Assembly: GCA_017548275.1 (NCBI GenBank)
Contig: JAFZAH010000040.1
Coordinates: 264,320-328,319, forward strand
Source of the DNA: Prevotella sp.
Lineage (GTDB): Bacteria; Bacteroidota; Bacteroidia; Bacteroidales; Bacteroidaceae
DNA: 64,000 bases
Direction: 5' to 3'
The notes beneath the pieces are model-generated. The model saw nothing but the letters and a program-made list of their open reading frames with translations. It did no database searches and had not been told where the DNA came from. A program made the position numbers and the translations under genes. Of the stretch, positions 29,609-39,969 are shown one piece after another; positions within the stretch are counted from its first letter, which is position 1, and each line of letters begins with the position of its first letter.

Positions 29609-29667
29609 TCGCTGATTAGGGTTATAGATGATATAGATACCGATTAAGGACTTACGAAATAGCGGGG

Positions 29668-30747
29668 TCAGTTGTTTTTCTTGTAACTGAGTACCGCCCA
29701 TATACTCATGAAGAGGGATATGACCGAAAGCGCGAGGATTTGCCTGTAAATGCCGGCAAGTCCTCCGCCTCGTATAAAGACCGTGCGTATAGCATCGATG
29801 AAATAATGCATGGGATTGACATAAGTAGTAGCATACGCCCACTCCGGCATAGACCTTGTGGGTGTAAACAATCCCGACAGGAGCATCAGCACAACGACAA
29901 AGAACCACATGACAAAGATAGCCTGTTGCATGGTGTCGCTGTAATTGCTGATGATGAGTCCGAACGACGAGAAGAACAGAGAAAGGAGCATGGCAAGCAG
30001 ATAGACAAGCCATAAATTTCCCTTACAGGTAATGCCATATATGCCCCATGACAGCAATAGACACACAGTGACGATAAATAATGCAATGATCCAATATGGA
30101 ATGAGTTTTGCCAGAATAAACGTCACTTTCGATACCGGTGTTACATTTATTTGCTCAATCGTCCCCGCCTCTTTCTCCCCTACGATATTGAGCGCGGGGA
30201 GAAAACCACACATCAGCATGATGACAATAGCCAGCAGCGCCGGTATCATATATACTTTGTAATTCTGGTGAGGGTTGTAAAGATTGAGTATCTTAGGGGC
30301 ATTGTCAATCATACGCTCTTGCGCCAGTATGCCGCCTTCAGCATCCATCGGTACGGACGCAGTAATAATCTGAGACAGATAGGCAGACCCTATGCTCCCT
30401 TTTGTGCCGTTGACCGCATTGGCAGCAATCAATATGTTTTTCTTGTCAATGACCACAACCGCATCCGCCTTACCTTTGTCAATATCATTGAGTGCGGCTT
30501 TGTAATCCTCTTTTTCTCCACAAAAGATGAAATAATCCGATGCCTGGATGCGGTGGATAAGTTGCATGGATGCTGTATTGTGCGACCGATCTACCACCTC
30601 TACTTTGATATTCTTCACCTCCATGCTCATCACCCATGGCATCACACACATAATCATCACTGGGAAGACGAAAATGAGTTTTGGCAGAAACGCATTTCTG
30701 CGTATCTGTATGAACTCTTTCTGAAGGAGAAATCTGAGCGTCTTCAT
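29668..30747 (-). CDS. ABC-2 exporter permease (YbhR-like)
   Basis: KEFIQIRR, EKEAGTIEQINVTP, LSGLFTP..SMP. Confidence 0.92.
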   Translation of the reverse strand: MKTLRFLLQKEFIQIRRNAFLPKLIFVFPVMIMCVMPWVMSMEVKNIKVEVVDRSHNTASMQLIHRIQASDYFIFCGEKEDYKAALNDIDKGKADAVVVIDKKNILIAANAVNGTKGSIGSAYLSQIITASVPMDAEGGILAQERMIDNAPKILNLYNPHQNYKVYMIPALLAIVIMLMCGFLPALNIVGEKEAGTIEQINVTPVSKVTFILAKLIPYWIIALFIVTVCLLLSWGIYGITCKGNLWLVYLLAMLLSLFFSSFGLIISNYSDTMQQAIFVMWFFVVVLMLLSGLFTPTRSMPEWAYATTYVNPMHYFIDAIRTVFIRGGGLAGIYRQILALSVISLFMSIWAVLSYKKNN

Positions 30748-30751
30748 GTGT

Positions 30752-31810
30752 TTATTCCAGTCTTTTGTTAAACTTAGCCAAAGCGACAGCCAGCAATAAT
30801 GCCGTCATGCCGACAAGCACCATGAATTCTTTTGCCACCTCGCTAAAGCCTACCCCCATAATCATCAGTTTGCGCATGGCAGAAATGTAATAGCGTGGCG
30901 GCACGACAGCCGAGATCCATTGCAACACAGTCGGCATAGACTCAACAGGAAACAGCATTCCGCTCAACATCACCACCGGCATCAAAAGTACCATGGCTGA
31001 AATCAGCAAGGCAGCAAGTTGAGTCTTTGCCACATTGGATATAAGCATCCCGAGAGCGAGGGCGAGCAAGATATAGACCAGAGACATGACAATAATCCAT
31101 ACGAGCGACCCCGCCAGAGGCACACCGAGCACGAAATGCGCCATGAGCAGAATGACGACGAGAATCGAGCAGGCGAGCATGAGATAAGGCACGGCTTTGG
31201 CCACAATAATCATAATAGGTTTCACGGGCGATACGAGCAGAACCTCCAAGGTGCCTTTTTCTTTCTCCCTGACAATGGAAATGGATGTCATCATCGCGCA
31301 GATAAGCATGAGCAGCATACCCATGATGGCGGGGACGAAATTGTATGCCGACTTCATCTGCGGATTATATAGCATTTTTATATTCAATAGCGACTGACTG
31401 TTATTTGCCATTGTCTGAGCAGCGATATTGACCCATTGTTGTGCCATATTCGGGTCAGCCCCGTCAACGACAAATTGCGTCTCATGCTTACCATGTCGAT
31501 AATCTGCGCCGAAGACAACAGCCATATCCGCCTTTTGGTTGCGAATGAGTGTTTCCGCCTCTTGTGGTGTAGCGACTGTAGCCGTAATGATGAAATAATC
31601 AGATGCAGCCAAGTGTTCGACCTGCTGTTGCGTAGCAGCACCCATCTGCGAAGTGACCACCACTGTCCGCACATTTTTCACGTCGGTAGTGATGGCGAAA
31701 CCGAAAAGGAGCATCAATACGATTGGCATACCGAAAAGAATCAGCATGGTACGCTTATCTCTAAGGATATGCCTGGTTTCTTTAATGACGAATGACACGA
31801 ACGATTTCAT
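30752..31810 (-). CDS. ABC-2 exporter permease (YbhS-like)
   Basis: RDKRT, VREKEKGTLEVLLVSP, LSGMLFPVESMP. Confidence 0.92.
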   Translation of the reverse strand: MKSFVSFVIKETRHILRDKRTMLILFGMPIVLMLLFGFAITTDVKNVRTVVVTSQMGAATQQQVEHLAASDYFIITATVATPQEAETLIRNQKADMAVVFGADYRHGKHETQFVVDGADPNMAQQWVNIAAQTMANNSQSLLNIKMLYNPQMKSAYNFVPAIMGMLLMLICAMMTSISIVREKEKGTLEVLLVSPVKPIMIIVAKAVPYLMLACSILVVILLMAHFVLGVPLAGSLVWIIVMSLVYILLALALGMLISNVAKTQLAALLISAMVLLMPVVMLSGMLFPVESMPTVLQWISAVVPPRYYISAMRKLMIMGVGFSEVAKEFMVLVGMTALLLAVALAKFNKRLE

Positions 31811-31813
31811 ACG

Positions 31814-33280
31814 CTAATCACTTGAACGTGTTGCCTGACGCGCCAACAGAGTAAACACATGGTCAATATCGGGTTGCCGGAACCGCTCTTTCAGTTCATC
31901 AGGCGTGCCGATAGCCCGGATTTTTCCGTCGACCATCATTGAAATACGGTCGCAATACTCCGCCTCGTCCATATAGTGAGTGGTGACAAAGACGGTAATG
32001 CCATTTTTGGCTGCTTCCTTAATCATTTCCCAGAACTGCCTTCGTGTGGCGGGATCAACGCCTCCAGTCGGTTCATCGAGAAACACCACCTCGGGCTGAT
32101 GGAAAATAGAGACAGAAAAAGCCAGTTTCTGTTTCCATCCCAGTGGGAGGCTTTTGACGAGATCATCACGATGGCCTGCAAAATCGAGGCGTTGCAGCAA
32201 CTCGTCGGTCTTCGTTTCAATCATCTTAGAGTCCATGCCATAGATACCTCCGAAGAGGCGCAGGTTCTCCGCTACGGTCATATCCTCATAAAGAGAGAAT
32301 TTCTGACTCATATAACCGATGTGACGCTTGATTTGTTCATGCTGGGTAGAGATGTCAAACCCAGCCACCGTGCCCGAGCCCGATGTAGGTTGATTAAGCC
32401 CTGTGAGCATGTGCATGGCCGTGGTTTTTCCTGCGCCATTCGCTCCGAGGAATCCGAAAATTTCTCCCCGTTTGACAGAGAAAGAGATGTCATCGACAGC
32501 ACGGAACGAGCCGAACGCCTTGACGAGATGCGACACCGAGATGACATCATCAGATGGTTGCACGTCACCGGCCTGTTGCAGATATGACTTGTCAATCGGT
32601 GGCGGGCAAAACACGTCAGCGAAACGGTCAAGAATGGCCTGCGGTGTATCAATGCCTTGGATCTTGCCCTGACAGAGAAACGCCACCCTCTCGCAGCATC
32701 GCACCTCATCGAGGTATGGTGTGGAGGCCATGATAGTGATGCCGCGTTCTTTAATCATGGCGAGCATCTCCCAAAATTCCTTGCGTGAGACGGGATCGAC
32801 ACCCGTCGTGGGTTCGTCGAGGAAAAGCGCCTCAGGTTGATGGATGAGAGCGCATGAGAGTGCCAGTTTCTGTTTCATACCGCCTGACAAAGCCCCTGCC
32901 TTGCGGTTACTGAAACGCTCGATTTGAGAATAGACCGCGCGTATGCTGTCGTATCCCTCATCGACTGTAGTGCCGAAGAGTGTAGCGAAAAAAACGAGGT
33001 TCTCCCTAACCGTCAAATCTTGGTAAAGAGAGAAGCGTCCCGGCATATACCCTACCCTACACCTGACGTCTTGCATTTGTCTGACCACATCAAACCCTGC
33101 GACCGAAGCCTCGCCCGCATCTGGCAAAAGCAAAGTACAGAGAGTTCGGTAGAGCGTCGTCTTTCCCGCCCCGTCAGCCCCAATGAGTCCGAAGACCTCA
33201 CCCCGACCGACGGAAAGAGAAACGTCGTCTAACGCTTTCACCTTTCCATATGATTTTGAGATGTGACTGACCGTAATCAT
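31814..33280 (-). CDS. Dual-domain ABC ATPase (YbhF-like)
   Basis: Two Walker A motifs (GADGAGKT, GANGAGKT), two LDEPT.GVDP. Confidence 0.92.
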   Translation of the reverse strand: MITVSHISKSYGKVKALDDVSLSVGRGEVFGLIGADGAGKTTLYRTLCTLLLPDAGEASVAGFDVVRQMQDVRCRVGYMPGRFSLYQDLTVRENLVFFATLFGTTVDEGYDSIRAVYSQIERFSNRKAGALSGGMKQKLALSCALIHQPEALFLDEPTTGVDPVSRKEFWEMLAMIKERGITIMASTPYLDEVRCCERVAFLCQGKIQGIDTPQAILDRFADVFCPPPIDKSYLQQAGDVQPSDDVISVSHLVKAFGSFRAVDDISFSVKRGEIFGFLGANGAGKTTAMHMLTGLNQPTSGSGTVAGFDISTQHEQIKRHIGYMSQKFSLYEDMTVAENLRLFGGIYGMDSKMIETKTDELLQRLDFAGHRDDLVKSLPLGWKQKLAFSVSIFHQPEVVFLDEPTGGVDPATRRQFWEMIKEAAKNGITVFVTTHYMDEAEYCDRISMMVDGKIRAIGTPDELKERFRQPDIDHVFTLLARQATRSSD

Positions 33281-33300
33281 GAGTATAGGGGACAATTCCT

Positions 33301-34293
33301 TTAGAACTTCACTTTACCATACATGCCGATTTTCACATATCCGTCATTTTTGATGGCAATTTTCACCGCATAGACAAGGTCGGCACGTTCATCGTCGGTG
33401 TGGATTGTTTTAGGTGTGAATTCAGACTTGTCCGAAATCCAAGCCACCGTTCCGTCGTATGCCTTCAATTGTTTGTCACCATAATCTGCGAAGACCGTCA
33501 CATTCTGCCCCACTTTAATGTTTTCCAGTTGGGCAGACGATACATAAGCACGGATAAACATATTATCAGCATCTGCCAATTTGAGTAGCGGTTTCCCGAT
33601 GGTGACGAATTCTCCCTGCTCGACATATTTTTCCAAGACAAAGCTCGTCAGAGGAGCCCTGACCTCAGCATCGGCCATTTGGTCGCGTATTTGTGCCTGT
33701 TGCACATCAATACCCGCCATTTGCGCATCGATGCCATCCATCTGCGCGTCGATGCCACTTCCTTGTTGAGCGAGGCTGGCATTATTGCTGCTGATTTGGT
33801 CTTGGGTGGCTGACAGTTGGCGTTGCAACACTGCTATTTGGTCATTGATATCATCCAATTGCTTTCTCGGTACGGCACCGTCTTTGACCAATTCTGAAAA
33901 CCGGTGCTGTTCGCGCTGCGCATTAGCAATCTGCTGTTTAATAGACGCCACCTGTTTGTCCAAATCCAGCCGTTTGCTGTCGGTGGCGTTTTTCGAGGCA
34001 GAGAGTTGCCGTTTGTTGGCGCGCAGTTGTTGTTTGTTGGTTTCCAACTGCTCGTGTTTCAGTTTAAGTTGTTCGGTGCTGACCATACCGAGGAGTGCGT
34101 TTTGCTCAACTTTATCTCCTTCCTTGACCGTGAAAGAAGTCAACTCTCCTGTGGTTTTGGCCGAGACCGTCACCTCGGTGGCCTCGAAGACACCGGTTGC
34201 ATCATACTCTTTATCTGAATTGTCACATGCGACAAGTAAAGCTGCTGAAGATGCCAGCAGCAACATGCGAGAAAAGCGTTTCATAGGTTTCAT
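33301..34293 (-). CDS. HlyD family membrane fusion protein
   Basis: Lipobox, coiled coil, SEFTPKTIHT..ERADLVYAVK. Confidence 0.9.
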   Translation of the reverse strand: MKPMKRFSRMLLLASSAALLVACDNSDKEYDATGVFEATEVTVSAKTTGELTSFTVKEGDKVEQNALLGMVSTEQLKLKHEQLETNKQQLRANKRQLSASKNATDSKRLDLDKQVASIKQQIANAQREQHRFSELVKDGAVPRKQLDDINDQIAVLQRQLSATQDQISSNNASLAQQGSGIDAQMDGIDAQMAGIDVQQAQIRDQMADAEVRAPLTSFVLEKYVEQGEFVTIGKPLLKLADADNMFIRAYVSSAQLENIKVGQNVTVFADYGDKQLKAYDGTVAWISDKSEFTPKTIHTDDERADLVYAVKIAIKNDGYVKIGMYGKVKF

Positions 34294-34303
34294 GTTTGTG
34301 AAG

Positions 34304-35587
34304 TTATTCATTGAGGGTATATTTGAGGTCATACAGCGATTTGAGCATTTCGATTTCATGAATTGAGTGCTGCACCTTCGCAGTATTCTCGTTGTTGATT
34401 TGTTTGACGAGTTCGTTGACATCGATAATTCCATGTTGAAGTTTCGACTCAGCCGCTTTTCTGATGGAAGTACGCAGGGCTATGATTTCCTCGTCATCAG
34501 CCATGAGTTTTCTGTATCTCACCACATCCTCATTCTGTTGAATCTGCTCCAACTGGTTGTTAAACAGGAAAGCCTCACGTTGCAGTTGATACATAGACCG
34601 TTGGGCTCCAATTTTCTCTTTGTCTCCCTTGTGAGAATAGAGAGCCCCGATGTTCCATGTCATTCTGGCACCCACTATGCCATTCCACGACCATTGATAA
34701 CGCCTCATGTCATCGAACATATTATATCCCGGATATCCATAGAACCCCTGAGCGAAGAGCGACAGTTTTGGCATCAGCGCTGCATTGAGCGATTTCTCCT
34801 GTGCATCTGTCAACCGTAACTGCGAGTCAATCAATGATAATTCGGGGCGTCTCGCAACGGTTTTCCCGTTTGGAAAATCGGCCAATGGTTGCGGTTTTAC
34901 GGGATGGTCTGTAATCTCGATTCCACAGAAAGCGGAAAGCATCCTTTGCAAGGTTTGCCGTTGGGCCTTCAGAGTGGTCAGTTGTTGCTCAGCATTCAGC
35001 CGTTCAGCCTTAACCGCATAATAATCGCTCTCAGCCGCAGTTCCATGCTTGAACATTGACTGCAATTTATTCTCGTTGGTTTTCAGCATCGTCAGTAAAT
35101 CTGCACTGAGGCGCAACTGCTCGTCAACCAATAAGAGTGAAAAGAACATTTCATTGACACGTTTCCGTATTTGGTAAAGCGTCACCTCGTTTTGGGCTGT
35201 CATGACCTCTCCCTGCCGTTTTGCCACCTCTTTTTGGCTGCTTATCGCCCCTCCGTCGAACACGGTCTGATTGACATCAATCCCTACACGGTACTGATCT
35301 TTATGGAGTCCTTCCATTTGTACGCCCATTGTCTGAAACATACTTTGCATATTATCTGGCCATGATGTCACATCGCTTTGGTACGTAGCCTGAGCATAGG
35401 AAGAGACCTGAGGCAGCCATCCCTTTTGGATGTTAGCGACGGTGGCGTCTGTAGTCTTTTCAATGAGACCATATTGATTGATGAGCGGATAATTGCTATG
35501 CGCCGCATCCTGACATTGCTGTATAGTCTGCGCATGGATAACCACTGGCAGCAAAGCGATCCAAATACCTATTTTTCTCATGTTCAT
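34304..35587 (-). CDS. TolC family outer-membrane channel
   Basis: Signal peptide, NYPL, QTVFDGG, RPEL; heads the exporter operon. Confidence 0.88.
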   Translation of the reverse strand: MNMRKIGIWIALLPVVIHAQTIQQCQDAAHSNYPLINQYGLIEKTTDATVANIQKGWLPQVSSYAQATYQSDVTSWPDNMQSMFQTMGVQMEGLHKDQYRVGIDVNQTVFDGGAISSQKEVAKRQGEVMTAQNEVTLYQIRKRVNEMFFSLLLVDEQLRLSADLLTMLKTNENKLQSMFKHGTAAESDYYAVKAERLNAEQQLTTLKAQRQTLQRMLSAFCGIEITDHPVKPQPLADFPNGKTVARRPELSLIDSQLRLTDAQEKSLNAALMPKLSLFAQGFYGYPGYNMFDDMRRYQWSWNGIVGARMTWNIGALYSHKGDKEKIGAQRSMYQLQREAFLFNNQLEQIQQNEDVVRYRKLMADDEEIIALRTSIRKAAESKLQHGIIDVNELVKQINNENTAKVQHSIHEIEMLKSLYDLKYTLNE

Positions 35588-35741
35588 AAACAAAGATTTA
35601 TCACGGCAAAGGTAAAAAGAAATTAAAAAGAATTCATTACCTTTAGAATTGAAAAAATGTTCTTTTTGTATGAATTTCATTATTTTCATGTCAATAAACA
35701 TCTATTTATATTATCTTTGCATCCGAAACATTGTATTTTAT

Positions 35742-36659
35742 ATGAAAGAACTGGAACATCTGACGCTGCCTCAACTACAGCATCTTTTTGAAAACAAGCA
35801 AGAAGCGACAGCCAACAATTACATCAGCCAACACTTAGCCATTGCCCGTGACATCCGTCCCGAACATATTATAGAGCAATTTCGTGGAGAGCCTAAAGTG
35901 ATGACGGAAATGCGTATTTTATTACCTTTAAGGGGCTGGGCAAATGTTGAACTAAACCTGATGGAGCGTCACGTAGAAGCCGGCGACTTGGTCTATCTGG
36001 GTCCTAACGGCCTACTCAACTATTATCAAAGTTCGCCCGATTTGAAAGGTGTCGGTCTGTCGATGAGCGATGAACTATTCCAATTGGCTATAGGTCACCA
36101 GATACCCAAAACATTCGACGGCCATCTGCGAGATTTCCATTTTCACCTGAAACAAGAAGAAATTGAGTTTCTTGACAATCTGCACCGACTCATATTTATC
36201 AGTTCGCATGAGGGAGCAAGTTCTCATGTACTCTTACAACTCATCAGTTCCTTTTTGTGGTATATCGACCATTTACAGAGCCAACATGAAGAGAGTGACA
36301 TGAAGAGCAAGACCCGCGAGCAACGGTTGTTCACCGATTTTGTTCATCTAGTGAATGAACATGCCGGTCATGCACACAACATTGATTATTACGCCGACCG
36401 TCTATGTCTGTCGCCGCGATACATGAGCACTTTGATAAAAAAGGTAAGTGGCAAAGGTGCAAAAGAATGGATAGACGCGGCACTCCTTGCCCGGATTAAA
36501 ATTGCTCTCCGTCATACAGACCATCCTATAGGAGTTATCAGTGATGACATGGGGTTTCCCAATACCCCGTTTTTCTGTAAATATTTCAAGCGTCAGACTG
36601 GCATGTCTCCTGGCGAATATCGTAAAAGCGGAATTCAACGATTACCGGCAAAACCATAA
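35742..36659 (+). CDS. AraC family transcriptional regulator
   Basis: YYADRLCLSPRY...GFPN..FFCKYFKRQTGMSP.EYR; divergent from tolC. Confidence 0.92.
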   Translation: MKELEHLTLPQLQHLFENKQEATANNYISQHLAIARDIRPEHIIEQFRGEPKVMTEMRILLPLRGWANVELNLMERHVEAGDLVYLGPNGLLNYYQSSPDLKGVGLSMSDELFQLAIGHQIPKTFDGHLRDFHFHLKQEEIEFLDNLHRLIFISSHEGASSHVLLQLISSFLWYIDHLQSQHEESDMKSKTREQRLFTDFVHLVNEHAGHAHNIDYYADRLCLSPRYMSTLIKKVSGKGAKEWIDAALLARIKIALRHTDHPIGVISDDMGFPNTPFFCKYFKRQTGMSPGEYRKSGIQRLPAKP

Positions 36660-36759
36660 AAGAAATCTATGAGGTTGGCCGTCAGAGTAGGAAAATCGCC
36701 AATATATTTGTTTTTTCGGCAGTTTCTTCATACTTTTGTACTCGTTTTTGAAAATAGAG

Positions 36760-37404
36760 ATGAGCATCAATTATACACACAAAGAGGAACTATGGAACTC
36801 GTGGTCGCACGCGGGGGGCATTGTCCTCGGTGTAGTGATTGGTGTGTTACTACTCATCCGATCGGCTCACTGCCCCGCCCCGCTTGCCTTGCCAAGCGTG
36901 GTACTCTACCTGACCGGCATGTTGGGGTCATATATCTGCTCGACAACTTACCATGGTTGGTCGCCCCTGTCGCGTTGGAAAGAACGTCTTCGCCGTTGGG
37001 ATCATGCAGCCATTTACTGGCATATCGCCGGCAGTTATTCGCCAGTGACGCTTGTCGCGTTGATTGACGAAGGTTATTGGGGATGGGGGTTATTTTGTTT
37101 TGTATGGCTTTGCGCCATCATCGGCACAAGCGTCAGTTTCGTCCATTTGAAAGAACACTCCAATGTTGAGACCTGTTGCTACATTGGCATGGGTCTGAGT
37201 GGTCTGGTAGCCATAAAGCCGCTGATGCATGCTGTTAGCACAGGCTCATTACTGTGGATAATCGGCGAGGGCATCTGTTACATCACGGGAGCGGTGTTTT
37301 ATACACTTCACAAACGGCGGAATGTACACACTGTGTTTCATTTCTTTGTGTTAGCGGGTACGATATGTCATATTATCGCCGTATGGAAGATATTGGAGAA
37401 TTGA
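36760..37404 (+). CDS. Hemolysin III / PAQR family membrane protein
   Basis: EE.WN..SH, ST.YH, DHAAIY..IAGSY.P, H.VFH.FV. Confidence 0.92.
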   Translation: MSINYTHKEELWNSWSHAGGIVLGVVIGVLLLIRSAHCPAPLALPSVVLYLTGMLGSYICSTTYHGWSPLSRWKERLRRWDHAAIYWHIAGSYSPVTLVALIDEGYWGWGLFCFVWLCAIIGTSVSFVHLKEHSNVETCCYIGMGLSGLVAIKPLMHAVSTGSLLWIIGEGICYITGAVFYTLHKRRNVHTVFHFFVLAGTICHIIAVWKILEN

Positions 37405-37412
37405 TTTATTTT

Positions 37413-37457
37413 GAAGTTAAAGAAGTTAATGGAGTTAAAGAAGTTAAAGACAATACT
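37413..37457. repeat. Nonamer tandem repeat ending in GACAATACT
   Basis: GAAGTTAAA GAAGTTAAT GGAGTTAAA GAAGTTAAA GACAATACT. Confidence 0.85.
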
Positions 37458-37522
37458 ATACCGTTTGTGTCGATTCTACATGAACTGTTGAGATACAACA
37501 TATTAAAGATATTTCTATAAAA

Positions 37523-38827
37523 ATGGAGAACAAAGAAAGAAAGATGCGAATAGGCTCGTTGTGTGTGCGTGCCGGTTATCAGCCCAAGAACGGAGAACCC
37601 GTAGAACCTCCTATTGTGCAGAGTACTACCTTTAAGTACGACGACTCTGACGAAATGGCGATGTTGTTCGACCTGAAGAAAGAAGGTTATTTCTATACCC
37701 GTCTGCAAAACCCGACGAATGACGCCGTGGCTGCAAAAATCGCGGCATTGGAAGGTGGTGTGGGTTGCGTATTGACATCGAGCGGTCAGGCAGCCAATTT
37801 CTTCGCTGTGTTTAATATCTGCGAGGCAGGCGATCACATTGTGACTTCGAACGAGATATATGGGGGCACATACAATCTGTTTGGCGTGACATTGAAGAAA
37901 CTAGGCATTGACAGCACTTTTGTCTCTCCCGAAGCCAGCGACGAAGAGATAGAGGCAGCATTCCGCCCGAACACAAAACTGTTGTTTGGCGAGACCATCT
38001 CCAACCCCGGTTGCGCTGTGCTCGACATTGAGAAATTCGCCCGTATAGCCCATAAGAAAGGTGTGCCGCTCATCATCGACAACACCTTCGCGACACCAGT
38101 CAATTGCCGTCCGTTTGAATGGGGTGCGGACATTGTGACCCATTCCACCACAAAATACATGGACGGCATGGCAACACAAGTGGGCGGAGCCGTGATTGAC
38201 AGCGGCAACTTCGACTGGATGGCTCATGCCGACAAATTCCCCGGTCTGACCACCCCCGACGAGTCATATCATGGCCTGACCTACGTGAAAGCATTTGGAA
38301 AGATGGGGTATATCACCAAACTGGTGGCCCAACTGATGCGCGACTTGGGCAGTATTCCCTCGCCACAAAACTGTTTCTTGCTGAATCTGGGATTACAAAC
38401 GCTTCATCTTCGCGTAGCCCAGCACTGCAAGAATGCCCAACGCGTGGCGGAGTATCTGCATAACCACCCGCAAGTGGCATGGGTACACTACTGCGGATTA
38501 CCCGATGACAAGCACTACGCATTGGGACAGAAATATCTGCCCAACGGTTCATGCGGCGTCATCGCATTCGGATTGAAAGGTGACCGCGAAACCGCTATCC
38601 GATTCATGGACTCACTGAAGATGGCCAACATCGCCACCCATGTGGCAGATGCACGCACCTGTGTTCTCCATCCTGCTAGTCACACCCACCGTCAATTGTC
38701 AGAAGAGCAGTTGCTCGAGGCAGGAATCGCCCCCGACCTCATCCGTCTGTCTGTCGGCATCGAAGACGTGGAAGATATCCTTTATGACATCCAACAGGCT
38801 TTGGAAACTGCCACCAACCCGTCATAA
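37523..38827 (+). CDS. O-acetylhomoserine sulfhydrylase (MetY-type)
   Basis: YTRLQNPT, SSGQAA, DNTFATP, HSTTKY, HPASHTH. Confidence 0.9.
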   Translation: MENKERKMRIGSLCVRAGYQPKNGEPVEPPIVQSTTFKYDDSDEMAMLFDLKKEGYFYTRLQNPTNDAVAAKIAALEGGVGCVLTSSGQAANFFAVFNICEAGDHIVTSNEIYGGTYNLFGVTLKKLGIDSTFVSPEASDEEIEAAFRPNTKLLFGETISNPGCAVLDIEKFARIAHKKGVPLIIDNTFATPVNCRPFEWGADIVTHSTTKYMDGMATQVGGAVIDSGNFDWMAHADKFPGLTTPDESYHGLTYVKAFGKMGYITKLVAQLMRDLGSIPSPQNCFLLNLGLQTLHLRVAQHCKNAQRVAEYLHNHPQVAWVHYCGLPDDKHYALGQKYLPNGSCGVIAFGLKGDRETAIRFMDSLKMANIATHVADARTCVLHPASHTHRQLSEEQLLEAGIAPDLIRLSVGIEDVEDILYDIQQALETATNPS

Positions 38828-38928
38828 GATAATCTTGAGACGCGATTACAGCCGATATTGTCAAATTCTTCATTTGAAAGGGCTGAAAATCAAGTTTTTT
38901 TGTATAATTTTGCAGCAAAATACAGGAA

Positions 38929-39969
38929 ATGGATAAAAAGCCACTGTTGGGAATGACTATCGCCGAATTGAAAACCTTGGCGAAAGAATCAGGCATGCCC
39001 GCCTTCACAGGCGGACAGATTGCAAAGTGGCTCTATATACAACACGTGAGCGACATCGACGAGATGACCAATATCTCACGTCAGAACCGTGAACGGTTGT
39101 CTGCAACCTATGAAATAGGCTCAATGGCCCCGACAGACTTTCAACGGTCGGCAGACGGCACCATCAAATACCTCTTTCCTACGGAAAGCGGGCGTGAGGT
39201 GGAGACCGTGTTCATTCCTGACGGCGAACGTGCCACACTATGTGTCTCATGCCAGGTGGGATGTAAGATGAACTGTCTGTTTTGCCAGACGGGCAAGCAG
39301 GGTTTTGAAGGCCAACTGAGCGTGCGCGACATCCTGAATCAGGTGTATGCGCTGCCCGAGCGTGAGCGGTTGACAAACATCGTGTTCATGGGCCAAGGCG
39401 AACCGATGGACAACCTCGACAACGTATTAAAAGCGACTGAGATACTGACATCGGATTACGGTTATGGTTGGAGTCCCAAACGAATCACCGTGAGCAGTGT
39501 GGGCGTGAAAAACAAACTGAAACGTTTTCTCGACGAGAGCGAATGTCATGTGGCTATCAGCCTGCACTCTGCCATTCCCGAGCAGCGCGCCATGCTAATG
39601 CCCGCAGAGCGCGGCATGAGCATCGTCAAGGTCATCGAACTGCTTCGCCAGTACGATTTCTCGCACCAGCGCCGCCTTTCATTCGAATATATCGTTTTCG
39701 GCGGGCTGAATGACACCCCTCTTCATGCCCGCGAAATCGTGAACCTGCTCAAAGGACTTGAATGCCGCGTGAATCTGATACGTTTTCACCAGATACCGGG
39801 TGTGGATTTGCATGAGGCAAGCGAAGAACGCATGATATCCCTTCGCGACTATCTGACCCATCACGGCATTTTCACGACCATTCGGGCTTCGCGCGGACAA
39901 GACATCTTCGCCGCCTGCGGACTGCTAAGCACTGCCAAACAAATAGCCGATGCGCGCCGCAAGAAATAG
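38929..39969 (+). CDS. rlmN: 23S rRNA m2A2503 radical-SAM methyltransferase
   Basis: CKMNCLFC, NIVFMGQGEP, GQDIFAACGLL. Confidence 0.96.
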   Translation: MDKKPLLGMTIAELKTLAKESGMPAFTGGQIAKWLYIQHVSDIDEMTNISRQNRERLSATYEIGSMAPTDFQRSADGTIKYLFPTESGREVETVFIPDGERATLCVSCQVGCKMNCLFCQTGKQGFEGQLSVRDILNQVYALPERERLTNIVFMGQGEPMDNLDNVLKATEILTSDYGYGWSPKRITVSSVGVKNKLKRFLDESECHVAISLHSAIPEQRAMLMPAERGMSIVKVIELLRQYDFSHQRRLSFEYIVFGGLNDTPLHAREIVNLLKGLECRVNLIRFHQIPGVDLHEASEERMISLRDYLTHHGIFTTIRASRGQDIFAACGLLSTAKQIADARRKK

